The notes beneath the pieces are model-generated. The model did no database searches. It was not told the origin of the DNA and was given only the letters and a program-made list of their open reading frames with translations. A DNA stretch of 64,000 nt, taken from positions 3,101 to 67,100 of the forward strand of contig JAFDEI010000002.1 of the NCBI GenBank assembly GCA_019310425.1, written 5' to 3'. Position numbers and translations under genes: made by a program. The stretch's first letter is position 1. Each line of letters opens with the position of its first letter. Below, in pieces: positions 1-11,162 of this stretch. This DNA comes from Deltaproteobacteria bacterium (GTDB lineage Bacteria; Myxococcota_A; UBA9160; SMWR01).

Positions 1-1
1 G

Positions 2-481
2 TACTTCAACACCCGCGAAGGTCGTTTACGCCAAAGCAATCTCCACTATGCGAAGCCCGCGCGGATCCTGAACCGCTACTACATCGAGGACATGTACGAG
101 CACCGCTATCAGAAGGAGTTCGGTCACATCCTCCGATTGGCATGGACGATCATGCGCAGCGAGCATGGCGGCCTGCGGATGCTCTTCCTGTACGCTTGTA
201 TTCACTTGGCCGGCGTGGCGAACCGCCACAATTTCAGCGCACTCGCGAGCTGGTTCCGGCAACTCGTGTCGCTCAGGTCGGTTGAGCGGTCGGTGGGTTC
301 ACTGCTGCGAACCGATTTCCGCTTCGTCATGACGGAAGTCGGAGGTTGCGCGGTCGACATCGACAACGACCAGGAGTACGCGATCGCCAGCCAGAGATTC
401 GACGAGTGGTCCGTCGCGCAGTCCGAAAAGGCCGAACGCCTGTACGGTGCACTCTCACTGCCACCCGGAGAGAATGCTTGA
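2..481 (+). CDS. Hypothetical protein, C-terminal fragment (5' end lies upstream of the window)
   Basis: The reading frame is open from the window edge (YFNTREGRLRQSNLHYAKP...) and continuous with ORF-track 92..481. Third codon positions are GC-rich. No family recognised with confidence. Confidence 0.4.
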   Translation, partial: YFNTREGRLRQSNLHYAKPARILNRYYIEDMYEHRYQKEFGHILRLAWTIMRSEHGGLRMLFLYACIHLAGVANRHNFSALASWFRQLVSLRSVERSVGSLLRTDFRFVMTEVGGCAVDIDNDQEYAIASQRFDEWSVAQSEKAERLYGALSLPPGENA

Positions 482-525
482 ACGTCGGTGCGTGCGCGGT
501 CGCGGTGCGTCGTGGGGCCGGGCTG

Positions 526-1485
526 ATGCGCGAACTCCCGCGTGGAGTGATCCAAGTCGTCGGTTCGGATCGCACACGCTGGTTGAACAGCATGATCACG
601 AACGATGTGAGTTCACTCGCGGTGGGGCCTGCGAATTCGGGCCGCTACGCGGCATTGCTCTCACCCAAGGGCCGCATCATCGCCGACCTGCAGGTGCTCG
701 AACGAGGCGATGCCTACTGGCTCGACATCGATGCAGCCGCGGTGGCGTGCGTGCTCGAGACGCTCGGTCGTTACATTATCGCCGACGACGTGGAGCTCGT
801 GGATCGCAGCGCCGACTTCGATCGGCTCGGTCTGGAGGGGCCCACGCTGTTCGAACTCGTGCGCGAGTTGGCGTCCGGGCTCGAAATTCTCGAGCCCGAT
901 GCGTGCACGGATGTCGACCTGGGCGGTAGCGCAATGACCGTCGCTCGCTTCGGATGGAGCGGAGAAGCCGCACTGCAATTCTTCACTCCTGCGGGCACTG
1001 GAGCAGAGCTCGCCGACCGCTTGTTCGAGGCGGGCACTGCAGCGGGCCTGGTGGAAGCGAGTGGCGAGGTGCTCGAGACGCTGCGCATCGAGGCGGGGAT
1101 TCCTCGCTTCGGCGCTGAGCTGGACGAGAGCGTGTTGCCCGCCGAGGCCGGCCTCGACCGCGCGATCTCGATCGACAAGGGTTGCTACCTGGGGCAGGAG
1201 GTGGTCGAGCGGATGCGGTCGCAGGGACAGGCGAGCCACCGACTCGTGGGTCTCGTCGCTGCGGGCGAAGAATCGTTCGTTCCCGGTGAAACGTTGTCGT
1301 CCGGCGGAAAGTCTGTCGGCGAGGTCACCAGCGCCTGCAGGTCGGAAGGAATTGGGCCGATCGCTCTCGCGTTCGTGCGTCGCGCGTTCGCCGAGCCCGG
1401 AAGCCGACTCGAAGCCACCGGTCGGGACGTGAGCGTCGCGTCGCTGCCGTTCGTCGCCGGAAGCCCTCCGCGTCGCGAGCCGTGA
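526..1485 (+). CDS. ygfZ: YgfZ/GcvT-family folate-binding protein
   Basis: ATG at 526 inside ORF 346..1485. The N-terminus RGVIQVVGSDRTRWLNSMITNDV and the C-terminal signature DKGCYLGQEVVERM (KGCYxGQE) are typical of YgfZ/CAF17. Confidence 0.7.
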   Translation: MRELPRGVIQVVGSDRTRWLNSMITNDVSSLAVGPANSGRYAALLSPKGRIIADLQVLERGDAYWLDIDAAAVACVLETLGRYIIADDVELVDRSADFDRLGLEGPTLFELVRELASGLEILEPDACTDVDLGGSAMTVARFGWSGEAALQFFTPAGTGAELADRLFEAGTAAGLVEASGEVLETLRIEAGIPRFGAELDESVLPAEAGLDRAISIDKGCYLGQEVVERMRSQGQASHRLVGLVAAGEESFVPGETLSSGGKSVGEVTSACRSEGIGPIALAFVRRAFAEPGSRLEATGRDVSVASLPFVAGSPPRREP

Positions 1486-2174
1486 GTCGCGGGACCGTGA
1501 TCGTCTTTGCGAAAGTGCCTGAGCCCGGGCGAGTGAAGACGCGGCTGCAGCCGGCATTTTCCGCCGAACAGGCGACGCAATTCTACGCCGCGATGCTTTC
1601 CGACGTGCTCGAAGCCAGCGCCGTGTATGCGTGCGAGCTCGGGCTCACCGCGGTCGTCGCGATCCACCCGTGGGAGTTGCGCGGGCAGATCCTGCCACTG
1701 GTCCCGGCCGGGCTCCGAATGGTGCCGCAGCGCGGTGTGAATCTCGCGGCGCGGATGACCTGGGCGATTTGTGAGGCCGCGGCGGAGGGCACTCGGCGCA
1801 TCCTGCTGCGCGGCAGCGACAGTCCGACCGTCGACCTCGATGAGTTTCGCGACGCACTCGACGCACTCGAGGTGGTGGATCTGGTACTGCGGCCCGACCG
1901 CGACGGCGGCTACGGGCTGGTCGGAGTGCGTGGCCCGATCCCCAGGCTGTTCGATCATGCGATGAGCACCCGCTCGGTGCTCGCGGACACGCTCGCGAAC
2001 GCGGATGCCCTCGACCTTCGCTGCCATGTCCTGCGGCCTGGCTTCGACATCGATACCGTGCGGGACTTCGTCGACCTCGCGGAAGCGCGCCTGGCGGGCC
2101 GGGCGGGCGGCTGTCGGCGGACACTCGCCTACCTCGACGACAACCGGCTGTGGCCCGACTCGTGCGCTCGCTAG
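1482..2174 (+). CDS. DUF2064 (TIGR04282-like) glycosyltransferase-fold protein
   Basis: GTG start overlaps the ygfZ stop (GTGA). The N-terminus VIVFAKVPEPGRVKTRLQP is the characteristic DUF2064 opening. Confidence 0.6.
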   Translation: MSRGTVIVFAKVPEPGRVKTRLQPAFSAEQATQFYAAMLSDVLEASAVYACELGLTAVVAIHPWELRGQILPLVPAGLRMVPQRGVNLAARMTWAICEAAAEGTRRILLRGSDSPTVDLDEFRDALDALEVVDLVLRPDRDGGYGLVGVRGPIPRLFDHAMSTRSVLADTLANADALDLRCHVLRPGFDIDTVRDFVDLAEARLAGRAGGCRRTLAYLDDNRLWPDSCAR

Positions 2175-2315
2175 TGCTTGGGGCGCGGGTGACGACTGCT
2201 CGTTTCGTGAGCAGTGCCTGCTGCTTTCATGGGCAAGGTGCGAATCCGGGTGACTTGGAATGCAGCGAGATGCGCGGAGGGGCTACGGGGATTGCTTCCC
2301 GTCGAGATTTCTCTC

Positions 2316-2329
2316 GGCATGCCGTTTGC
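2316..2329 (+). promoter_or_regulatory. Candidate sigma-54 (-24/-12) promoter for glnB-glnA
   Basis: The sequence cGGCAT-gccgt-TTGCt matches TGGCAY-N5-TTGCW and lies about 110 nt upstream of the glnB ATG. Nitrogen-regulated gln genes are classical sigma-54 targets. Confidence 0.45.
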
Positions 2330-2344
2330 TATCACGTACACTGA

Positions 2345-2779
<435 letters not shown>

Positions 2780-2863
2780 TCGCGGCAGCAGCGAGACGAG
2801 AACACTCGGCTGATTTCGGCCAGACCCCCCCATAGTGAATTGGGCAAGATGAAGGAATGATCG

Positions 2864-4279
<1,416 letters not shown>

Positions 4280-4284
4280 GAGCG

Positions 4285-4326
4285 TTTTGCGCGACGACGC
4301 AAAAGCTTTGGCCGCGTTGCGGCCAA
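4285..4326. terminator. Two short GC hairpins downstream of glnA (possible terminator structures)
   Basis: TTTTGCG-cgacga-CGCAAAA forms a 7-bp stem. It is followed by TTGGCCGC-gtt-GCGGCCAA, an 8-bp stem. Both lie in the convergent glnA/dapB gap. Confidence 0.35.
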
Positions 4327-4359
4327 CGCGCAGCTAGAGCACGAGCCAGCAGCGACTTC

Positions 4360-4391
4360 GAGCCCCCGTCGGTAACAAACCGGCGGGGCTC
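4360..4391. terminator. Imperfect GC-rich hairpin between convergent glnA and dapB (possible bidirectional terminator)
   Basis: GAGCCCCCGTCGGT-aacaa-ACCGGCGGGGCTC, followed by a short T-containing tract. Confidence 0.35.
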
Positions 4392-4437
4392 GTCGCGTTT
4401 CAGCTCGCATCAGGCTGATCCGACCGGCTCGCCGGCA

Positions 4438-5229
4438 TCAGTCGAGACCGAACGCCTCTTCGATCCGGTAGAGACCCGGGGGGCGACCCAGCAGCCAAAC
4501 CGCCGCGCGCACGGCGCCGCGTGCGAAGTGGTCGCGTGTGTGGGAGCGGTGGATCAACTCGAGGCGCTCGCCTTGCCCGGCGAAGAGGACGGTGTGTTCG
4601 CCCGGGTTGTCGCCGCCGCGCAGCGTCTGGATACCGATCGCAGCGTCGGGTCGGGCTCCGATTTCGCCGGCGCGCTCGAGCACGAGGTGGTCGGAGAGCT
4701 TCTGGCCGCGCCCTTGCGCGATGGCTTCGCCGAGTCGAAGCGCCGTGCCGCTCGGCGCGTCGCGTTTGGCCGCGTGGTGGAGCTCGACGATCTCGGCGTC
4801 GAAATCCGCGCCGAGTCTTCTTGCGGCTTCGCGCGTGAGCCATGCGAGCACGTTCACCGCGACCGAGAAATTCGGCGCGTGCAGGACCGGAATCCTGGCG
4901 CTGTGGGCGGTGATCTCGTCGCGCTCGGCGTCACTGAAGCCCGTGGTGCCGGTCACGTAGGCGACGCCCGCATCGGCGGCGACGCGCAGGTTCGCGAGTG
5001 TCGCGGCTGGAATGCTGAAATCGATCGCAACGTCTGCGCTTCCGAACGCCGCTTTGGCGTCGTCTTCGACGCGCACGGCATCTTCGACGGTTGCGCCGAG
5101 CCCCGGGTGGCCGGCCGCCTCGAGCGCGGCACCGAGCGAGAGGGTGGCTTCCTCCGCGACCGCGGCGCGCACCTTTTCACCCATTCTCCCCAGCGCACCG
5201 ACGACCAGAACGCGTCGCACATCCGCCAT
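4438..5229 (-). CDS. dapB: 4-hydroxy-tetrahydrodipicolinate reductase
   Basis: 263 aa. N-terminal Rossmann motif VLVVGALGRMG and ELHHAAKRDAPSGTA. Last gene of the lysine operon. Confidence 0.9.
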   Translation of the reverse strand: MADVRRVLVVGALGRMGEKVRAAVAEEATLSLGAALEAAGHPGLGATVEDAVRVEDDAKAAFGSADVAIDFSIPAATLANLRVAADAGVAYVTGTTGFSDAERDEITAHSARIPVLHAPNFSVAVNVLAWLTREAARRLGADFDAEIVELHHAAKRDAPSGTALRLGEAIAQGRGQKLSDHLVLERAGEIGARPDAAIGIQTLRGGDNPGEHTVLFAGQGERLELIHRSHTRDHFARGAVRAAVWLLGRPPGLYRIEEAFGLD

Positions 5230-6107
5230 CAGATCAGCCCCAGCTCTTTCATCACGAGCTTCAATCGCTCGCGATTGGGCGGCGTGATCTCGGTCAGAGG
5301 CAGGCGGATTTCCTCACCGACTCGACCGGCTTCGGCGACCGCGGCTTTCACCGGGATCGGGTTGGTTTCGCAGAACAGCACGTCGAAGAGTGGGATCAGG
5401 CGTTGGTGGATTGCTCGCGCACGTGTGAAGTCGCCTGCGAGTGCGCTTCGCACGAGATCGACCATCTCGGCCGGCGCGACGTTCGAGCTGGTGGAGATGG
5501 TACCGCGTCCTCCGACCGCGATGATGGGCAGCGTGAGCGCATCGTCGCCTGAGAGCACCGTGAAGTCGGCCGGGCAACGCGCGATCATGTCCGAGATCTG
5601 TGTGAGGTCGCCGCAGGCCTCCTTCACGCCGACGACCTGCTCGATTTCGGCGAGTCGGGCGATGGTTGCAGGCAGCAGGTTGGAGGCGGTGCGCCCCGGG
5701 ATGTTGTAGACGACGAGCGGGAAGTCGGTCGCGTGTGCGATCTCGCTGTAGTGCGCGACGATCCCTTCTTGAGTGGGTTTGTTGTAATAGGGTGAGATCA
5801 GCAGCGCGCCGTCGGCGTTCGCCTCCTTGGCGTGGCGCGTCAGTTCGATGGCCTCGCGGGTGTTGTTCGATCCCGTGCCGGCAATCACGGGCACCCGGCC
5901 GCGTGCAGCCGCGACAACGAGTTCGATGACGCGCCGGTGCTCCGCGTGCGACATCGTTGCCGACTCGCCGGTGGAGCCGCACGGCACCAGTCCATCGACG
6001 CCTGCGGCAATCTGGAATTCGACCAGCTCATGCAGCGTCGGCTCGTCGACTTCGCCGTCGCGAAACGGCGTGATCAGCGCGGTAGAGACCCCATCGAACA
6101 CACTCAA
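5229..6107 (-). CDS. dapA: 4-hydroxy-tetrahydrodipicolinate synthase
   Basis: 292 aa, with TALITPF...GVDGLVPCGSTGE...GVKEA. The TTG start overlaps the dapF stop (TTGA). Confidence 0.9.
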   Translation of the reverse strand: MSVFDGVSTALITPFRDGEVDEPTLHELVEFQIAAGVDGLVPCGSTGESATMSHAEHRRVIELVVAAARGRVPVIAGTGSNNTREAIELTRHAKEANADGALLISPYYNKPTQEGIVAHYSEIAHATDFPLVVYNIPGRTASNLLPATIARLAEIEQVVGVKEACGDLTQISDMIARCPADFTVLSGDDALTLPIIAVGGRGTISTSSNVAPAEMVDLVRSALAGDFTRARAIHQRLIPLFDVLFCETNPIPVKAAVAEAGRVGEEIRLPLTEITPPNRERLKLVMKELGLI

Positions 6108-6970
6108 TCCTCCGGAAGCGGGAATTCGCCGCGGAAGACCTCCTCCGCGGGTCCGGTCATCATCACGTGGGCTTCATCGTCTTCCCAGGTGATGTCGAGC
6201 ACGCCGCCACGCAGCTCGATCTCGACCCGGCGGTCAACGACGCCCCGCAACATGGATACCACGGCGACGGCGCAGGCACCGCTTCCGCAGGCAAGGGTCT
6301 CGCCAGTGCCACGCTCCCAGGTGCGCTGGCGGATTCGGCTCCGTCCGACGGGTGTGATGAATTCGACGTTCACCCGGTTCGGAAAGGCCGGATGGTTCTC
6401 GATCAGCCTCCCGAGCCGTTCGACCGGGGTGGTGTCGAGGTCGTCGACCGGAACGACGACGTGCGGGTTGCCCATCGACACCGACGAAACGATCGGCGTC
6501 TGGCCGTCCCAGCCGTCCACGACGAGAGGTACATCGATCACGGGTCCGTCGCCGGAAGCGAGCGTGGTGGGGATCTTGGCCGGCGCGATCACGGGGCGGC
6601 CCATGTCGACGGTGACACGGCCTTCACCGGCCCAGCGGGGGCGCACCACCCCTGACAGAGTCTCGACGCCGATTTCGTCCGCAGCCGTGTGGCCTCGATC
6701 GCGCAGGTATTGGTAGAACGCGCGGATACCGTTTGCGCACATCTCCACCTGCGAACCGTCCGGGTTGAAGATCTCCATGCGGAAGTCCGCCGTATGTGAA
6801 TCGCGGACCACCAGCAGCTGGTCGCCGCCGATGCCGAAATTGCGGTCGAGCAGGCGTTCGGCCAGCGGCTGGACGGGCGGCAGCTCGTTCTGCAGGCCGT
6901 CCAGCACGACGAAGTCGTTGCCCGCGCCGTGCATCTTCGTGAACGGCAGCCGTCGGCTCACTCGATCCAT
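6104..6970 (-). CDS. dapF: Diaminopimelate epimerase
   Basis: 288 aa, with FTKMHGAGNDFVVLD, SMGNPHVV and ACGSGACA (both catalytic Cys motifs). Confidence 0.9.
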   Translation of the reverse strand: MDRVSRRLPFTKMHGAGNDFVVLDGLQNELPPVQPLAERLLDRNFGIGGDQLLVVRDSHTADFRMEIFNPDGSQVEMCANGIRAFYQYLRDRGHTAADEIGVETLSGVVRPRWAGEGRVTVDMGRPVIAPAKIPTTLASGDGPVIDVPLVVDGWDGQTPIVSSVSMGNPHVVVPVDDLDTTPVERLGRLIENHPAFPNRVNVEFITPVGRSRIRQRTWERGTGETLACGSGACAVAVVSMLRGVVDRRVEIELRGGVLDITWEDDEAHVMMTGPAEEVFRGEFPLPED

Positions 6971-8220
6971 TCCCCGGGTGTCTCTTCGCCACGGATCGTG
7001 TCCTGGTAGGTCTCGCGCTCGCGGACTACCCGGAAACGATCGCCGCGAACCATCACCTCGGCGGCGCGCCGCCGCCCGTTGTAGTTCGACGCCATCGCGA
7101 AGCCGTAGGCGCCCGCCGAGCGGACCGCGAGCAGGTCGCCGCGCTCGAGGTCCGGCAGCTCACGCTCACGCGCGAGGAAGTCACCGGATTCGCATACCCC
7201 GCCGACGACGTCGACGAGATTGCGGCCGCCGCGAGGCTGCCCGACGGGCTCGACACGCTGATAGGCGTCGTAGAGCGCGGGGCGTATCAGGTCGCTCATC
7301 GCGCCATCGACGACGACGAAATTCTTGGCCTCGTTCTGTTTCTCGAACAGAACCCGGGTCACGAAGACGCCCGCGTTCGCGAGCAGCGAGCGACCCGGTT
7401 CGAGCACGATCTCGCAGTCGAGATCGCCGACCGCAGCGATCACCGCATCCGCGTACTGCTGCGCATCCGGCGGCACTTCGTCGTCATAGGTGACACCGAG
7501 GCCGCCACCGACATCGATGATTTCCATTACGTGCCCGGCATCGCGCAGCTCGCCGACCAGGTCACGGACTTTTTCGAGCGCATCTGCGAACGGCTGGACT
7601 TTCGTCAGCTGAGAACCGATGTGGCAATCCACTCCCACCACACGCACGTGTTCGAGCGCCTTGGCTTCCGCGTAGGCGATGGTCGCCTCGCCGATCGGGA
7701 TACCGAACTTGCTGGTCTTGAGGCCGGTCGAGATGTAGGGGTGGGTCTGCGGGTCGACGTCCGGATTGACGCGAAACGCGATCGGTGCCACCACGTCCCG
7801 CGATCCCGCGACTGCATCGATGCGCCGGAGCTCCGCACGTGATTCGACGTTGAACTGCTTGATTCCGGCCGCGAGTGCGTCGCTGATCTCGCTGTCCGTC
7901 TTGCCGACGCCGGAGTAGACGAAGCGACTGGGGTCGCCGCCCGCGCGCAGCGCGCGGAAGAGCTCGCCGCCCGAGGTGACGTCGATGCCGGCGCCACGCT
8001 CGACCAGCTGCCGAACGACGGCGAGGTTCATGTTGGCTTTGATGGCGTAGCAAATGGTGTGCGGCACCGCGGCAAAGGCCGCGTCAAACGCGTCATAGGC
8101 TGCGTCGATCGCCGACGCGCTGTAGACGTAGACAGGGGTTCCCACCGTGTTGGCGATGCGTTCGAGCGATACACCCTCGGCGCACAACTCGCCGCCCGAT
8201 CGCGGGAATGCTTCGATCAC
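6958..8220 (-). CDS. lysA: Diaminopimelate decarboxylase
   Basis: The homologous part starts at GTG 8220 (VIEAFPRSGG...GTPVYVYS), which overlaps the stop of the upstream lipoprotein gene (GTGA). The longer ORF-track N-terminus is Arg/Ser-rich junk that overlaps that gene. Motifs: YAIKAN, DVGGGLG, CESGD. Confidence 0.9.
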   Translation of the reverse strand: MIEAFPRSGGELCAEGVSLERIANTVGTPVYVYSASAIDAAYDAFDAAFAAVPHTICYAIKANMNLAVVRQLVERGAGIDVTSGGELFRALRAGGDPSRFVYSGVGKTDSEISDALAAGIKQFNVESRAELRRIDAVAGSRDVVAPIAFRVNPDVDPQTHPYISTGLKTSKFGIPIGEATIAYAEAKALEHVRVVGVDCHIGSQLTKVQPFADALEKVRDLVGELRDAGHVMEIIDVGGGLGVTYDDEVPPDAQQYADAVIAAVGDLDCEIVLEPGRSLLANAGVFVTRVLFEKQNEAKNFVVVDGAMSDLIRPALYDAYQRVEPVGQPRGGRNLVDVVGGVCESGDFLARERELPDLERGDLLAVRSAGAYGFAMASNYNGRRRAAEVMVRGDRFRVVRERETYQDTIRGEETPGEWIE

Positions 8221-8429
8221 TGGTTGTTCTCCTGGCCATCGTCCCGCTCGGGGGACTCCTCGCCGGCTGCCGGTTCCGCTGTGGGTGACACGGGGGACTC
8301 CACGCCGGCCTCCAGTTCCGCTGTGGGTGACACGGTCGGTTCGGGTCGAACCCGCCTCGGCGGCCCGTACTTGCCGCACGCGACCAGCAGCGCCGCGATC
8401 GCCACGAGCAGAGCGCAGCTGCGCGTCAT
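8217..8429 (-). CDS. Small lipoprotein, LptM/YifL-like
   Basis: 70 aa. Signal peptide with lipobox LLVAC, followed by GKYGPP (compare the CG-KGPL of YifL/LptM). Low-complexity tail. Sits between argH and lysA, as LppL/YifL-type genes do next to lysA/dapF in proteobacteria. Confidence 0.6.
   Translation of the reverse strand: MTRSCALLVAIAALLVACGKYGPPRRVRPEPTVSPTAELEAGVESPVSPTAEPAAGEESPERDDGQENNQ
8251..8333. repeat. Tandem direct repeat (2 x ~42 bp) inside the small lipoprotein gene
   Basis: GGGGACTCC(t/a)CGCCGGC(tg/ct)CC(gg/ag)TTCCGCTGTGGGTGACAC occurs twice head to tail. It encodes VSPTAE(P/L)(A/E)AG(E/V)ESP twice. Confidence 0.8.
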
Positions 8430-9850
8430 CGCGGGGACCCTCCAGCGTCGAGCGACTGCAACCGGTCGCGGATTTCGTCCTGTGCTGCATCGAGCGCACG
8501 CTCGACCGTCGCACGCGCGGGTCCGCCCACCAAGTTCCGCTCCTCGACCGCGCGCGTCAGACTCAGCAACTCAGCGGCCGAAGCCGGGAAATCCGGGTGG
8601 ACCGCGCACAGATCTTCGCGGGAAAGCGACCGCAGGTCGAGGCCCTTCCTCACGCATTTCCCAACGACGCGCCCAACCGCCTCATGGGCTTCGCGGAACG
8701 GCACTCCGACGCGCACCAGTGCCTCGGCGAGGTCGGTCGCGAGCAGCATCGGGTCGTCGGCGGCCTGTGCCATGCGTTCGGAGTCGACCCTCAGTGTCGC
8801 GATCGCGCCGGCCGTCACCTCGAGGGAGCCCCGCAGGGTCGCCGCCGAGTCGAACAGCGGCTCTTTGTCCTCCTGCATGTCGCGGTTGTACGTGAGGGGA
8901 AGACCCTTCATGGTAGTCAGCAGCGAGACCAGGTTCCCGATCGCGCGGCCGGTCTTGCCACGCACGAGCTCGGGCACATCCGGGTTCTTCTTCTGCGGCA
9001 TCAGGCTCGAGCCGGTCGAGTAGCCGTCCGCGAGTTCGATGAAGCCGAACTCCGCGCTCGACCACAGAACCAGCTCCTCGGAGAGTCGTGACAGGTGGAC
9101 CATTGCGATCGCGGCCGCGGACAGAAACTCCATCGCGGCATCGCGCGACGAGACGGCGTCCATGCTGTTGGCGGACGGCCGGTCGAAGCCGAGCGCCCGT
9201 GCAGTGGCGAAACGGTCGAGCGGTAGCGTGGTGCCCGCGAGGGCACCGGCGCCGAGCGGACAATCGCCGATCCGGCCGCGCAGGTCGGCGAAGCGGCCGC
9301 CGTCGCGGCCGAACATTTCGATGAACGCCAACCAATGATGTGCGAGCCGGACGGGCTGGGCACGTTGGAGATGGGTGTAGCCTGGCAGAATGGTGTCGAT
9401 CTGCTCGCGCGCCCGTGTGAGCAGGACCTGTCGCAGCTCCAGCAGCCCGCGCTCCGCGGCTGTGGCTGTTTCGCGCAGGTAGAGCCGCAGATCGGTCGCA
9501 ACCTGGTCGTTGCGGCTGCGCCCGGTGTGGAGTCGGCCCGCGGGTGCTCCGATCAGGTCGTGGAGCCGCGCCTCGATGTTCATGTGGATATCCTCGAGGG
9601 CCGGGTCGAGCGGGAAGCTGCCGTCCTCGATTTCTCGAGTGACTTGATCGAGACCCCGCTGCAGCGCGGCGCCGTCCTCGGCGGGGATCAGCCCAGCTTC
9701 CTCGAGCATGGCTGCGTGAGCGCGCGAGACCTGCAGGTCGTAGCGCGCGAGTGCTCGATCGAAGTGGATCGAGGCCGTAAAGGCCTCGACGGCTGCTTCT
9801 GTGGGTTCCTCGAAGCGACCGTCCCAGAGCTTTCCATCATTGCTCGTCAT
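8426..9850 (-). CDS. argH: Argininosuccinate lyase
   Basis: Start at ATG 9850 (MTSNDGKLWDGRFEE...). Contains the fumarate-lyase signature GSSLMPQKKNPD. The stop overlaps the lipoprotein start (ATGA). Confidence 0.9.
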   Translation of the reverse strand: MTSNDGKLWDGRFEEPTEAAVEAFTASIHFDRALARYDLQVSRAHAAMLEEAGLIPAEDGAALQRGLDQVTREIEDGSFPLDPALEDIHMNIEARLHDLIGAPAGRLHTGRSRNDQVATDLRLYLRETATAAERGLLELRQVLLTRAREQIDTILPGYTHLQRAQPVRLAHHWLAFIEMFGRDGGRFADLRGRIGDCPLGAGALAGTTLPLDRFATARALGFDRPSANSMDAVSSRDAAMEFLSAAAIAMVHLSRLSEELVLWSSAEFGFIELADGYSTGSSLMPQKKNPDVPELVRGKTGRAIGNLVSLLTTMKGLPLTYNRDMQEDKEPLFDSAATLRGSLEVTAGAIATLRVDSERMAQAADDPMLLATDLAEALVRVGVPFREAHEAVGRVVGKCVRKGLDLRSLSREDLCAVHPDFPASAAELLSLTRAVEERNLVGGPARATVERALDAAQDEIRDRLQSLDAGGSPR

Positions 9851-9953
9851 GGCGCAAATCTCGGAAAGAAAAAGGCTTTTCGCAAGGGTACGATTGACGA
9901 ACGGCATCTCGCTACGTAGCTTTCGAAGCCCTGAGAACACGGGAGGGACCGTC

Positions 9954-11069
9954 GTGATCATTGTGATGAAGGCCGATGTCTCGTCCGATTCGGACGAAAT
10001 CCGGCGAATCATCGATCTTGCAGCGAGCTTTCCGGGGGTTTCGACGGAACTCCACGAAATTCAGGGCTCGACGCGGAGCCTGACCGAGATCTACCTGCTG
10101 GGCTCGACCGGGGTCATTCCGACCGCGCCGTTCGAGGAATTCGCGGGTGTCGAGCGAGTCGTTCGGGTCACCGAGAAGTACCGCTCGATCGGACGCCACG
10201 GGAGCGGGATCGAGGCCGTCGGTTTCGAGTACAACGGGGTTCATTTCAGCCAGGAGACGTTTCACCTCTTCCCGGGGTTGTGCGCGGTCGACACGCGAGA
10301 GAATGTCGAGGCGATGTTCCGGGCCCTGCAGGAACACGGGATCGAGACTGCCCGGGCCGGTGCCTACAAGCCGCGTACGAGTCCGTATGACTTCCAGGGG
10401 CGCGGCGCCGAATGCCTGCCGTCCGTGTTCGAGCTGGCCGGAAAGTACGGGATCAAGATCGTCTCGATGGAGGTGACGCACGAGTCCCACATCGACGAGA
10501 TCCAGAGCGCGCTCGTGAGCACCGGCCATCCGACAGGCGTGATGCTCCAGATCGGCACTCGCAATGCGCAGAATTTCGAACTCCTGAAAGCGGTGGGTCA
10601 GCAGACCGACCTGCCGGTATTGTTCAAGCGCGGCATGGGGATCACCCTGTCCGAGTCGCTCAACGCCTGTGAGTACGTCGCCTCGGGGGGAAACCGTCGC
10701 ATCGTGTTCTGTCTGCGCGGCATGAAGACGAATCTCGGCGATCCTCACCGTAACTTCGTCGACTTCGGGCTGGTCCCCGCGGTTCGGCGGCTGACGCGCC
10801 TGCCGGTCTGCATCGATCCTTCGCACTCCGTCGGTAGCCGCGCCGTGGCACCGGACGGTCTGCTCGACGTCTTCCATGTGACCGCGCAGGGGATCATCGC
10901 GGGAGCGAACATCGTGCTCGTCGACTTTCATCCGAATCCCGAAGAGGCGCTCTGTGACGGCCCTCAGGCGTTGCTGGTGAGCGAGCTCGCGGGTTTCATC
11001 GAAGATGCGCGGATTACCCGGCGCGCGTACGAGGCCCGAGTCGAACGGGCGACCCCAGCGGCGCCCTGA
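9954..11069 (+). CDS. 3-deoxy-7-phosphoheptulonate (DAHP) synthase, type I-beta with N-terminal ferredoxin-like regulatory domain
   Basis: GTG 9954 is preceded by GGGAGGGA. The N-terminus is like Thermotoga-type DAHPS (VIIVMK...). Core motifs: GAYKPRTSPYDFQG, GTRNAQNFELL, DPSHS. Confidence 0.85.
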   Translation: MIIVMKADVSSDSDEIRRIIDLAASFPGVSTELHEIQGSTRSLTEIYLLGSTGVIPTAPFEEFAGVERVVRVTEKYRSIGRHGSGIEAVGFEYNGVHFSQETFHLFPGLCAVDTRENVEAMFRALQEHGIETARAGAYKPRTSPYDFQGRGAECLPSVFELAGKYGIKIVSMEVTHESHIDEIQSALVSTGHPTGVMLQIGTRNAQNFELLKAVGQQTDLPVLFKRGMGITLSESLNACEYVASGGNRRIVFCLRGMKTNLGDPHRNFVDFGLVPAVRRLTRLPVCIDPSHSVGSRAVAPDGLLDVFHVTAQGIIAGANIVLVDFHPNPEEALCDGPQALLVSELAGFIEDARITRRAYEARVERATPAAP

Positions 11070-11162
11070 TCCCCGCGGTGCCCCCGGGCACGCCGGCCCG
11101 CACCCCCGAGCTGAATCGCATGTTCGCTGGGCATTCGGCAGAATGACCGGGAGGGGGGGGGT

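Noticed and set aside
6958-8514. The ORF-track version of lysA (518 aa) with a 98-aa N-terminal extension.
   Set aside because: The extension is Arg/Ser/Gly junk with a translated tandem repeat. It overlaps a well-formed lipoprotein gene in another frame. Homology to LysA begins at GTG 8220, which is coupled to that gene's stop.
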